Below, one piece after another: positions 46,867 to 55,793 of a DNA stretch of 64,000 bases. The position numbers and the translations under genes were made by a program. The notes beneath the pieces are model-generated. The model saw nothing but the letters and a program-made list of their open reading frames with translations, did not search any database and was not told the origin of the DNA. Positions within the stretch are counted from its first letter, which is position 1. Every line of letters begins with the position of its first letter. Source of the stretch: an uncultured Muribaculaceae bacterium (GTDB lineage Bacteria > Bacteroidota > Bacteroidia > Bacteroidales > Muribaculaceae); the NCBI GenBank assembly GCA_910579605.1, contig CAJTUG010000001.1:12577-76576 (forward strand), read 5' to 3'.

Positions 46867-48042
46867 ATGCAAAAAGCAGTTGTTGCAAAACCGCGATTTG
46901 AAATATTAGATGGCTTGCGAGGGGTCGCGGCCTTGATTGTTGTGGTTTTCCATGTTTTTGAGATCCATAGCGGAGGACCGTCTCTGCAAATCATCAACCA
47001 TGGTTATCTTGCGGTCGATTTTTTCTTTGCCCTTTCGGGCTTTGTTCTCGGATATGCCTACGACGACCGGTGGGGACGAGGCCTTACAACCATGGGATTT
47101 ATATTGAGGCGTCTTATACGGTTGCAGCCAATGGTTTTCATGGGTGCTACATTGGGGATGCTTACATTTTATTTCGGTCTTGCCGACATATCTAATACAA
47201 CAGTGGGCACTTTGTTGTTGGTGTGGCTTATGAGTTGTTTTCTCATTCCTGTTACTGAGCATCTTGATGTGAGAGGGTGGGGCGAGGGATATGCTTTGGA
47301 CGGTCCCATGTGGACATTGGCTTTTGAGTATATAGCCAATTTGCTTTATGCCTTGTTTATCCGCCGCTTCCCTGTGTGGCTTTTGGCCTGTTTTGTAGTT
47401 GCAGCGGCAATGCTGTCGGTGGATGTGGCTCTTAATGTGGATGTTTTCGGTTTGCTTTCAGAAAGGAAAAATGAGATATATACCATGATAGGTGGTTGGT
47501 CTTTAGCACCAACGCAGCTATATGTGGGTTTTGTGCGGCTGTTATATCCGTTCTTTGCCGGGTTGCTTGTGTATAGGTTGGGTTTACGCATAAAGGTTAG
47601 GCAACCGTTCTTATGGTCGGCGTTGTTGCTGGCAATAGTATTGTTCATGCCTCGGGTAGGTCTTGGCGCAGACGGTTGGGGCAACGGTTTATATGAGGCG
47701 TTTTGTGTTTTGGCGATATTCCCTGTCATTCTGATGATAGGTGCCGGAACTATAGTTTATGGAGCAATACAGGAGCGGTTGTGCCGTTTTTTGGGGAGAT
47801 TGTCGTATCCTCTATATATCACGCATTACCCACTGATCTACATACTTTTTGAGTGGACCTATGAGCATAGGGATTTCCCTTTGTCGGTTCACATTTTCAA
47901 CGGAGTTGCTGTTGTGCTTGCATCTGTAGGGATAGCGTATGCGATTGAACGGCTTTACGATACCCCTGTCCGCAGTCGTCTTAGCGGTCTTTTGAGGAGA
48001 AATAGCTCTGAAAGAGACAAGGTCGCTGATAAAAAAAGCTGA
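46867..48042 (+). CDS. acyltransferase family 3 membrane protein
   Basis: LDGLRGVAALIVVVFH plus about 10 TM helices. Confidence 0.85.
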   Translation: MQKAVVAKPRFEILDGLRGVAALIVVVFHVFEIHSGGPSLQIINHGYLAVDFFFALSGFVLGYAYDDRWGRGLTTMGFILRRLIRLQPMVFMGATLGMLTFYFGLADISNTTVGTLLLVWLMSCFLIPVTEHLDVRGWGEGYALDGPMWTLAFEYIANLLYALFIRRFPVWLLACFVVAAAMLSVDVALNVDVFGLLSERKNEIYTMIGGWSLAPTQLYVGFVRLLYPFFAGLLVYRLGLRIKVRQPFLWSALLLAIVLFMPRVGLGADGWGNGLYEAFCVLAIFPVILMIGAGTIVYGAIQERLCRFLGRLSYPLYITHYPLIYILFEWTYEHRDFPLSVHIFNGVAVVLASVGIAYAIERLYDTPVRSRLSGLLRRNSSERDKVADKKS

Positions 48043-48080
48043 GAAATAGTGATTTATTTGGCTATGTGGAAAAAAAAGTG

Positions 48081-48088
48081 TATTTTTG
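48081..48088 (+). promoter_or_regulatory. -7 box (TATTTTTG) for rplU-rpmA
   Basis: About 93 nt upstream of the rplU ATG. Confidence 0.5.
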
Positions 48089-48180
48089 CATGCTGATTTT
48101 CCGCAATAGGCACGGACAAGCAAGCGGTTATTGATATAACGCGCTTCGCCTCAGCGGGTTAACCATATCATTAAAACTAA

Positions 48181-48501
48181 ATGTACGTAATCGTAGAAAT
48201 CCAGGGACAGCAGTTCAAGGCCGAAAAAGGTCGGTTCTTGTATGTACACTACCTTGGTGAGAAAGTAGAAGAAGGCTCGACAGTTGAATTCGACCGTGTT
48301 CTTCTTGCCGACAACGACGGCGAAGTAAAAGTAGGCGCACCTACAGTTGAAGGCGCAAAAGTAGTATGCGAGGTAGAGAAATCACTCGTTAAAGGCGACA
48401 AAGTAATCGTATTCAAGAAAAAACGTCGCAAAGGCTATCGTCGTAAAAACGGTCACCGTCAATATTTCACCAAAGTTGTCATCAAAGACATCCTTGCTTA
48501 A
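48181..48501 (+). CDS. rplU: 50S ribosomal protein L21
   Basis: [32 protein letters not shown]. Confidence 0.95.
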   Translation: MYVIVEIQGQQFKAEKGRFLYVHYLGEKVEEGSTVEFDRVLLADNDGEVKVGAPTVEGAKVVCEVEKSLVKGDKVIVFKKKRRKGYRRKNGHRQYFTKVVIKDILA

Positions 48502-48546
48502 CTGTTTCACCCCTAATTCGCTCACTGCGTAAATCCATTAACAATC

Positions 48547-48810
48547 ATGGCACATAAAAAAGGCGTCGGTAGTTCGAAGAACGGCCGTGAGTCAGAAAGC
48601 AAACGACTCGGCGTTAAGATTTTTGGCGGACAGTTCGCCAAAGCCGGCAATATCCTCAAACGTCAACGTGGTACCGTTCACCACCCAGGCTTGAACGTAG
48701 GCATCGGCAAAGACCACACATTGTATGCACTTGTAAGCGGTACAGTGGAATTTACCGAAGGTCGTAACGGCCGCAGATTTATCAACGTTAAGCCCGTAGG
48801 CGAGGCATAA
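48547..48810 (+). CDS. rpmA: 50S ribosomal protein L27
   Basis: [34 protein letters not shown]. Confidence 0.95.
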   Translation: MAHKKGVGSSKNGRESESKRLGVKIFGGQFAKAGNILKRQRGTVHHPGLNVGIGKDHTLYALVSGTVEFTEGRNGRRFINVKPVGEA

Positions 48811-48842
48811 AACGTTAAAATTCCAACACTATCTACCGACAT

Positions 48843-48888
48843 CCGGCACGGTGCTTGCATATTGCGCCATGCCGGTTGTTGTTTTTTT
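48843..48888 (+). terminator. intrinsic terminator after rpmA
   Basis: CCGGCACGGTG - 11 nt - CGCCATGCCGG (one mismatch, one G-U pair) followed by TTGTTGTTTTTTT. Confidence 0.7.
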
Positions 48889-48905
48889 CGTCTCTTTCTC
48901 TTCTT

Positions 48906-49505
48906 ATGCAGTCGCCCCTTATGAACCCTTTTAGTGGAAACGAAAAACTTGTGGTTCTATCGTGCCCAAGATGCGGCAGGGTAAACAGCCAGCCGTTAGA
49001 CCCAAAGTCTTGTTTGGAATTGCCTTATGCCAAAGCCGCTGCGTATTCTGTGTTTACCATGGATTATAAAGGTGCATATCCGCGAGTTGGCAAGAAGAAG
49101 CGCGTTGTTTTGAAATACCCGTTTTGCTGTCGGGTCGGCGATACATTTAATATAGTCTATCGCGAGGACAGATTTGAGGGCGATGACCGTTATTTTGCCA
49201 CGTTCCGTCTTTTAGGGATACTTGGAGAAGGTGAAAGCAGAGTGAAAGCGGTGGTTAGGCTTGAAGGTTTGACCGATTGCCTTTCTATAAATCCTGAGAC
49301 TGCGCATCTTGCAGACTTGCCCGGAGGGTTGTCTGATTTTTCGGGAATATATAAAAATACCGAGTCATTAGGTGGAGGCGATATAATAACCGACAGGTAT
49401 TATTTTGTTGGAGAAGACAAGAAAAGGCATCTCATATGCGTGACATATATAGACTTTGAGAGGGCGTATACGTTATATGGGAATTATGTAGAAAACGAGA
49501 AATAG
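48906..49505 (+). CDS. hypothetical protein with an N-terminal CxxC..CC pattern
   Basis: The open frame has normal codon appearance. The track start 48855 lies inside the rpmA terminator, so the start is set at M18 (MQSPLMNPF..). CPRCGRV..KYPFCCRV. I recognise no family. Confidence 0.45.
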   Translation: MQSPLMNPFSGNEKLVVLSCPRCGRVNSQPLDPKSCLELPYAKAAAYSVFTMDYKGAYPRVGKKKRVVLKYPFCCRVGDTFNIVYREDRFEGDDRYFATFRLLGILGEGESRVKAVVRLEGLTDCLSINPETAHLADLPGGLSDFSGIYKNTESLGGGDIITDRYYFVGEDKKRHLICVTYIDFERAYTLYGNYVENEK

Positions 49506-49517
49506 TAAAAATAAAAA

Positions 49518-50318
49518 ATGAAGAGGTTTTATTCTTTTATTACGGCTGTTACGTTGTGTTTGAGTGCATTTGCGTGGAGTCAAAAAGGTCACGATGCTAC
49601 GGCATATATCGCTGAATGCCATTTCACGGAGGCCACTGCCGATTCCGTTTCGTCGTTATTGGACGGTAAATCTCCTGTATATTGGGCAAATTGGCTTGAT
49701 AATGCGAGCCATACCCCTCAGTATTATTATACCAAGACTTGGCATTACCGTAATATTGATACACATGAAAACTACGATAATGCAAAGCGTAACCCCAAGG
49801 GCGATGTGATAAGTGCAGCCAGAGAGCAGATTGCGATACTTGCCGACAGCATATCGAGCAGGAGCCAGAAGCAATTGGCTCTCAAGATTCTTATCCATAT
49901 AGTAGGCGACATGCACCAGCCCATGCATATGGGCCGCTATAAAGATCTTGGCGGCAATAAGGTGAAGCTCCGTTTCTTTGACCGTGATACCAATTTGCAT
50001 TCTATATGGGACGGATCTATAATGAATTCCGGCCACAGTTGGTCTTATACAGAGTGGCAGCAGCAATTAGATCGGCTTAGCGCTGAAGAGGAGGCTGCGG
50101 AAACTGCCGGAAATCTGGATGACTGGGGACGGCAGACCTACGATATAGCATGCCGGGTATACGACCATATGCCGGCAGGGACTAAGGTGAGCTACAACGA
50201 GATAGCTTCGTGGACGCCGGTTATAGAACAGCAGATTTTGCGTGGCGGTCTGCGCTTGGCAAAGGTTCTCAATGCTATTTTTGACCCGTCAAGCGAGGAT
50301 GATGTGACGCAGTTTTGA
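49518..50318 (+). CDS. S1/P1 nuclease family protein (secreted)
   Basis: Signal peptide, then WSQKGHDATAYIAECH, HIVGDMHQPMH, NLHSIWD. Confidence 0.85.
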   Translation: MKRFYSFITAVTLCLSAFAWSQKGHDATAYIAECHFTEATADSVSSLLDGKSPVYWANWLDNASHTPQYYYTKTWHYRNIDTHENYDNAKRNPKGDVISAAREQIAILADSISSRSQKQLALKILIHIVGDMHQPMHMGRYKDLGGNKVKLRFFDRDTNLHSIWDGSIMNSGHSWSYTEWQQQLDRLSAEEEAAETAGNLDDWGRQTYDIACRVYDHMPAGTKVSYNEIASWTPVIEQQILRGGLRLAKVLNAIFDPSSEDDVTQF

Positions 50319-50343
50319 GAAAATTTGTTAAAATAACAGAAAC

Positions 50344-50365
50344 AAGCCGCATTTTGCGGCTTTTT
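50344..50365 (+). terminator. intrinsic terminator after the nuclease gene
   Basis: AAGCCGCA - ttt - TGCGGCTT followed by a T-run. Confidence 0.7.
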
Positions 50366-50368
50366 CCG

Positions 50369-50376
50369 TAATTTTG
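50369..50376 (+). promoter_or_regulatory. -7 box (TAATTTTG) for glyQS
   Basis: About 69 nt upstream of ATG 50445. Confidence 0.5.
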
Positions 50377-50444
50377 CAGCTTAGAGTGCAATAGAACACT
50401 CATTTGAACAGATAACCCCAAATATAACGAAATAAGAGTTAATC

Positions 50445-51989
50445 ATGGCTCAGCAAGAAGATGTATTTAAAAAAATCGTATCTCATGCAAAAGAATACGG
50501 TTTTGTTTTTCCTTCCAGTGAAATTTATGATGGCTTGTCGGCGGTTTACGACTATGGCCAAAACGGTGTAGAACTTAAGAACAACATCAAACGTTACTGG
50601 TGGGATTCTATGACCCTCCTTCACGAAAATATTGTGGGCATTGACTCTGCCATCTTCATGCATCCCACTATTTGGAAGGCCTCGGGACACGTAGACGCGT
50701 TTAATGATCCCCTCATCGATAACCGCGATTCCAAAAAACGTTATCGTGCCGATGTTCTTATAGAAGACCATATTGCTAAAATAGACGAGAAGATAGACAA
50801 GGAAATAGCTAAGGCAGCCAAGCGTTTCGGTGATTCTTTTGATGAAGCCCAATTCCGTGCTACCAATGGCCGTGTGCTTGAATTACAAGCTAAACGCGAT
50901 GAGCTGCACCAGCGTTTCTCCGATGCGATGAACGCCAATGACCTTGAGGGTCTTCGTCAGATTATTGTAGACCAAGAAATAGTTTGTCCTATATCCGGCA
51001 CTAAGAACTGGACAGAAGTTCGCCAGTTCAATCTCATGTTTAAAACCGAAATGGGATCGACGGCCGACGGTTCTATGACTGTTTACCTACGCCCGGAAAC
51101 AGCTCAGGGTATTTTCGTGAACTATCTTAATGTTCAAAAAACCGGACGTATGCGCATTCCTTTCGGTATTGCACAGATTGGCAAGGCTTTCCGCAACGAG
51201 ATTGTTGCCCGTCAATTCATTTTCCGTATGCGTGAATTCGAGCAGATGGAAATGCAATTCTTTGTCCGTCCCGGCGAAGAACTCAAGTGGTTCTCGCAGT
51301 GGAAAGAATGGCGTCTTAAATGGCATAAAGCTCTTGGCCTTGGCGATGAGAAATACCGCTACCACGACCATGAGAAATTGGCTCATTATGCCAATGCCGC
51401 TACCGACATAGAGTTCCAGATGCCTTTTGGGTTCAAGGAAGTTGAGGGTATACATTCGCGTACCAATTTTGACCTTTCTCAGCACGAGAAATTTTCGGGT
51501 AAAAAAATCCAGTATTTTGATCCTGAACTCAACGAAAGCTATACTCCTTATGTCATCGAGACCTCTATTGGCGTTGACCGTATGTTCTTGAGCGTTCTTT
51601 GTTCAAGCTACGAGGAAGAAAAGCTCGAAAACGGGGAAACGCGTGTAGTTCTTCACTTGCCGGCTCCTTTGGCTCCTGTGAAATGCGCAGTTCTTCCGTT
51701 GGTGCGCAAAGACGGCCTTCCCGAAAAGGCTCGTGAAATTGTAGACGAACTCAAGTTTGATTTTGCCACACATTATGAGGAAAAAGATGCTATCGGCAAA
51801 CGCTATCGTCGCCAGGATGCAATTGGAACTCCTTTCTGTATCACGGTAGATCACCAGACACTTGAAGACAATACGGTGACATTGCGCGAGCGCGACTCAA
51901 TGAAGCAGACCCGTGTACCGGTAGATCAACTCCATGCTTTAATCCACGACCGTGTGAGCTTGGCTTCGTTGCTCCGCAAACTTCGCTAA
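50445..51989 (+). CDS. glyQS: glycine--tRNA ligase (alpha2 type)
   Basis: 514 aa. YLRPETAQGIF, FRNEI.PR..FRMREFEQME, GIGVDR-like SIGVDRMF. Confidence 0.95.
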   Translation: MAQQEDVFKKIVSHAKEYGFVFPSSEIYDGLSAVYDYGQNGVELKNNIKRYWWDSMTLLHENIVGIDSAIFMHPTIWKASGHVDAFNDPLIDNRDSKKRYRADVLIEDHIAKIDEKIDKEIAKAAKRFGDSFDEAQFRATNGRVLELQAKRDELHQRFSDAMNANDLEGLRQIIVDQEIVCPISGTKNWTEVRQFNLMFKTEMGSTADGSMTVYLRPETAQGIFVNYLNVQKTGRMRIPFGIAQIGKAFRNEIVARQFIFRMREFEQMEMQFFVRPGEELKWFSQWKEWRLKWHKALGLGDEKYRYHDHEKLAHYANAATDIEFQMPFGFKEVEGIHSRTNFDLSQHEKFSGKKIQYFDPELNESYTPYVIETSIGVDRMFLSVLCSSYEEEKLENGETRVVLHLPAPLAPVKCAVLPLVRKDGLPEKAREIVDELKFDFATHYEEKDAIGKRYRRQDAIGTPFCITVDHQTLEDNTVTLRERDSMKQTRVPVDQLHALIHDRVSLASLLRKLR

Positions 51990-51998
51990 TATTTTGCT

Positions 51999-52030
51999 CC
52001 CGACACATAATTCGGTGTCGGGGGACTTTT
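51999..52030 (+). terminator. terminator hairpin after glyQS
   Basis: CCCGACAC - 8 nt - GTGTCGGG followed by GGACTTTT. Confidence 0.5.
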
Positions 52031-52061
52031 AATAAACTCCAACTCCTCTAAAACACAGACA

Positions 52062-52670
52062 ATGAAAAAATTTATAATCATAGGTGTAATTGTAATTCTC
52101 GGCCTTATACTGTTTTTCAGCGGTAAATCGAGTTACAACGGATTCGTGTCCATGGATCAAAGCGTGGAAGAACAGTGGGCAAAAGTTCAGGTTCAATATC
52201 AGCGCCGAATGGATCTTATCCCGAACATAATGCGTACCGTTCAAGGCTATGCCGCTCACGAAAAAGAGACCTACGAAGCCGTAACTCGTGCTCGTGCAGG
52301 CCTTTCTGATGCGCTTACGCAAGTGGACTCCTTGAAGCAAATCACGCCTGAACAGACAGACGCTTTCGAAAATTATAATGCTGCTCAAGACAGGTTGAAC
52401 AAGGCGCTTTCTATCTATGTCAATGCTGTTCGCGAAGCTTATCCCGACTTGAAAGCCGTTGGACAATTTGACAAGCTTTCGGTAGAACTTGAGGGTACAG
52501 AAAACCGTATAGCCACCGAACGCGGCCGTTATACCGAAATAGTACGCCAGTATAACACCAAAGTCAAGAGTTTCCCTGCCAATATTTGGGCTTCGGTATT
52601 CGGTTTTAGCGCGAAACCGCAGTTCCAAGCCGATGCAGCCGCCTCACAGGCTCCCACCGTGCAATTTTAA
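52062..52670 (+). CDS. LemA family protein
   Basis: N-terminal TM, then QVQYQRRMDLIPN..AHEKETYEAVTRAR..RYTEIVRQYNTKVKSFPAN. Confidence 0.9.
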   Translation: MKKFIIIGVIVILGLILFFSGKSSYNGFVSMDQSVEEQWAKVQVQYQRRMDLIPNIMRTVQGYAAHEKETYEAVTRARAGLSDALTQVDSLKQITPEQTDAFENYNAAQDRLNKALSIYVNAVREAYPDLKAVGQFDKLSVELEGTENRIATERGRYTEIVRQYNTKVKSFPANIWASVFGFSAKPQFQADAAASQAPTVQF

Positions 52671-52673
52671 GAT

Positions 52674-53243
52674 ATGTTGCCGATGAAAAAAATTTTTGTA
52701 ATAGCTCTTGCCGCTGCGGCAATGTTGAGTTCTTGCGGCAACGACGACAAGACAACCTGGGATGAATATGCCGAATGGCGTGAGGCCAATAACGCATGGA
52801 TGGCAGAAATGCAGGCAAAGAAGAATGCCGACGGTACTCCATATTACACCACTGTGGTGCCAGAATGGAATCCCGGTACTTATGTGTTGATTCATTATCT
52901 TACGGACCGAGCAGAAACCGAGGGTAATTTGTCGCCTATCTATACTTCTACCGTAGATACTCGCTATACATTATATCTCTACGACGGCACTCCGGCAGAT
53001 TCGTCGGATTTATTGACGAGCAATGGTCCCGGTGTATATCGTACTAAGTTGAACGCTGTGGTTCAAGGTTGGGCTATCGCCTTACCCGAAATGAGGTGCG
53101 GTGATTCTGCAGAGGTTATCGTACCTTATTCTGCTGGCTATGGTAGTTCGTCGATTGGAGATATTAAGCCTTATTCGGCACTTCATTTCCATATACGCCT
53201 TGTAGACATCCCATATTACGAGAAACCTCCGTATACAAAATAA
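52674..53243 (+). CDS. FKBP-type peptidyl-prolyl cis-trans isomerase lipoprotein
   Basis: Lipobox AMLSSCG. VVQGWAIALPEMRCGDSAEVIVPYSAGYG..PYSALHFHIRLVDI. Confidence 0.85.
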   Translation: MLPMKKIFVIALAAAAMLSSCGNDDKTTWDEYAEWREANNAWMAEMQAKKNADGTPYYTTVVPEWNPGTYVLIHYLTDRAETEGNLSPIYTSTVDTRYTLYLYDGTPADSSDLLTSNGPGVYRTKLNAVVQGWAIALPEMRCGDSAEVIVPYSAGYGSSSIGDIKPYSALHFHIRLVDIPYYEKPPYTK

Positions 53244-53249
53244 AAAGAG

Positions 53250-54071
53250 ATGGAGCAGCCGGTTGTTGATCAGCCACGCCTTTGGCGTCTGATACTGCAA
53301 ATCGATACCGACGCTATCCGCGCCGTGGCTTATTCTACGGTAGAGGATTCGTCGATGCTCCAGTTTTCTGTGGCTTTGGATCAAAGCGGAGACCAAAGCC
53401 TCAAGAGTTTGGAAGAGGCCGTGTATGCCACTCCGTTTCTTCTTTCCGATTTCGGAAAGGTAGATGTAGTGGTTCGTACTCCGGCTTTTTTCATTTCTCC
53501 TGCGGCCATCGATGCCATTGATGCAACGGCAGGTATTATGCAAATGTCGCCAGATCATCAAAGGCGGCTCAAGACCGATTATATAGATTCTTTAGATGTT
53601 TCGTTGTCGTGGGCTTTGGCTGAAGATTTCGCAAATTTTCTTGCGCGCACATTCCGTAATCCGGCTGTTTGGCATCATCTTACGCCGCTCCTGCGGTATT
53701 TCAGCCGCAAAACGCTGCTTGGAAACTCTGGCAAGGTGTATGTTCACCTCCACCGTGGGTCGGCCAGTGAAATGGATATTATAGCTTTTGATGCTTCCGG
53801 CAGGTTTGTCCTTGCAGAAACGCGACAATTTGAGACGGTAGATGATGCTGCATATTTTGCGTTGTCGTCGGCCAAAATAGCCGGAATAGATTTTCGCAAC
53901 GATGAGATGCTTGTGTGTGGTCATAATTCGCTCAGAGAGCAGTTTATGGGTATAGCAAGGAATTATTTTAATTATGTGATGCCCAACATATTCCCGTCGG
54001 CTGTTTTCCGAGTCGGCAAGGAGGCGTTGTCGGCACCGTTCCCATTGATAATATTGCCGCTATGCGAATAA
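53250..54071 (+). CDS. DUF3822 family protein
   Basis: The position immediately upstream of, and overlapping, rsmD is the conserved Bacteroidota context as I recall it. No catalytic motif recognised. Confidence 0.6.
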   Translation: MEQPVVDQPRLWRLILQIDTDAIRAVAYSTVEDSSMLQFSVALDQSGDQSLKSLEEAVYATPFLLSDFGKVDVVVRTPAFFISPAAIDAIDATAGIMQMSPDHQRRLKTDYIDSLDVSLSWALAEDFANFLARTFRNPAVWHHLTPLLRYFSRKTLLGNSGKVYVHLHRGSASEMDIIAFDASGRFVLAETRQFETVDDAAYFALSSAKIAGIDFRNDEMLVCGHNSLREQFMGIARNYFNYVMPNIFPSAVFRVGKEALSAPFPLIILPLCE

Positions 54072-54604
54072 TAAGAGGAAAATACGGTCGTCGTCGTTTT
54101 GATGTGCCTTCCAACATTACAGCACGTCCCACCACCGATTTTGCCAGAGAGAATATCTTTAATGTGCTTGAGAATATTGTTGATTTCGAAGGCCTTGATG
54201 CATTGGATCTTTTTGCCGGCACGGGTGCTGTGAGTTTTGAGTTTCTGTCGAGAGAATGCCGCCATGTCACAGCAGTTGAAAAAGCTCCCACTCAACAGCG
54301 ATTTATAGAGAAAGTTGCAAGAGAGCTTGGAGCAGATAATCTCACACTTATACGAGGCGATGTGCTTCGCTTTATCTCGTCGGCGCAAACGGCCTATGAT
54401 ATTGTTTTTGCCGATCCTCCTTATGATATGCCAGGGTTTGCCGAAATTCCAGGAAAAGTCTTGGCGTCGAAATTGCTCAAGCCAGGTTCTGTGTTTGTTT
54501 TAGAGCATTCCAAAAAGCATGATTTTTCGGATTTACCGAATTTCTCGGAACATAGGGTTTACGGATCTGTAAATTTTTCCATTTTCCGTATTCCTGAACA
54601 ATGA
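54062..54604 (+). CDS. rsmD: 16S rRNA (guanine966-N2)-methyltransferase RsmD
   Basis: RIIRGKYGRRRF..RPTTDFARE..DLFAGTGAVSFEFLSR..FADPPY. Confidence 0.9.
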   Translation: MRIIRGKYGRRRFDVPSNITARPTTDFARENIFNVLENIVDFEGLDALDLFAGTGAVSFEFLSRECRHVTAVEKAPTQQRFIEKVARELGADNLTLIRGDVLRFISSAQTAYDIVFADPPYDMPGFAEIPGKVLASKLLKPGSVFVLEHSKKHDFSDLPNFSEHRVYGSVNFSIFRIPEQ

Positions 54605-54658
54605 TCGTGTTTTATCCGTTTTTTCTAAGAAAGACTTAAAAAACGGATAAAAACGAGC

Positions 54659-55663
54659 ATGACACCAAATAAGATACTTTCGGATTTTCTCACTCAGCTT
54701 CAGGTTCCTCATACGGAGAAATATACCGACAGGCGTTTTGAAGGCATGGCTTTCAAAACGCTTTTTGGCATGCAGCGTGTGCTTGAGGATTATGGCGTAA
54801 AGACACAAGGTATAAAGTTGGGCGATAAAAGAGAGGTGCAGAAATTGCCTGTGCCTTTCATCGCGCCTTTACCACATGGGAATGTGATAGTTACGTCGGT
54901 AGGTGATAATGTAGATTATCTGTCGCAAGGTGTGGTGGAGAGGGTGTCATTAGATTTGTTCCTTTCCAAGTGGGGAGGAGTGGCTTTGCTCGCATTCCCT
55001 GATGCCGATGCAAAAGAGCCTGACTATGGACTCCACTGCCGACTTGATTTTTTTGACAGTGCCAAGGTATGGATACTTCTTGCTGTGGCGGTTTTCTTGT
55101 TTGCGTATCTATTTATAAGCAATGGCTTGTATTCGCATATTTCGGCGATTGCTCTTATAGTTCTTGATTTGTTAGGACTCGGGGCGAGCTATTTTCTGGT
55201 TCTTAAGTCGCTTAAAATTAAGAGCCATGCTGCCGACAAGGTTTGTGGGGCGATTGAGAAGGGAGGATGCGACGACGTCTTGGCCACGAAAGCCTCTAAG
55301 TTCTTCGGGCTTTTCGGATGGAGCGAGGTGGGCTTTGCCTATTTTTCTGTGAGCTTGTTGTGCTTGCTCATTTTCCCGAGATGGGAGTGCTATTTAGCGG
55401 CCTTAAACCTATGTTGCCTTCCATTCAGTTTTTGGAGCGTATGGTATCAGAAATCAAGGGCCAAAGCATGGTGTACACTCTGCCTTGCGGTGCAAGCGAT
55501 TCTGTGGTTGTCTTTTGGATGTTATTTGTGGGGAGATGCTTACCACGGTATTTTCCCTATAAAAATCGAGTTGTTTGTTCTCGGGGCCTCCTACTTGGGG
55601 GCGCTTCTCGGAATAAACAGGATATTGCCAAAATTTGATAAATCTGAATACAATGAAGCCTAA
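54659..55663 (+). CDS. vitamin K epoxide reductase family protein with an N-terminal non-catalytic C39-like domain
   Basis: C-terminal 5-TM region with CGAIEKGGCDDV loop cysteines and a CTLC redox motif. The N-terminal ~120 aa have a C39-like layout without the catalytic Cys. Confidence 0.7.
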   Translation: MTPNKILSDFLTQLQVPHTEKYTDRRFEGMAFKTLFGMQRVLEDYGVKTQGIKLGDKREVQKLPVPFIAPLPHGNVIVTSVGDNVDYLSQGVVERVSLDLFLSKWGGVALLAFPDADAKEPDYGLHCRLDFFDSAKVWILLAVAVFLFAYLFISNGLYSHISAIALIVLDLLGLGASYFLVLKSLKIKSHAADKVCGAIEKGGCDDVLATKASKFFGLFGWSEVGFAYFSVSLLCLLIFPRWECYLAALNLCCLPFSFWSVWYQKSRAKAWCTLCLAVQAILWLSFGCYLWGDAYHGIFPIKIELFVLGASYLGALLGINRILPKFDKSEYNEA

Positions 55664-55793
55664 ACAAAATAAAATGCCCGTATTAGCTACTGCCGTTGCG
55701 CTCACGCCTCTCGAACTTAACGGATATAAGTTTAATGGCCGCCATACAATAATCACGGCAGAACGCTTAAAAAAGGCTTAGAATTATTGTTGA

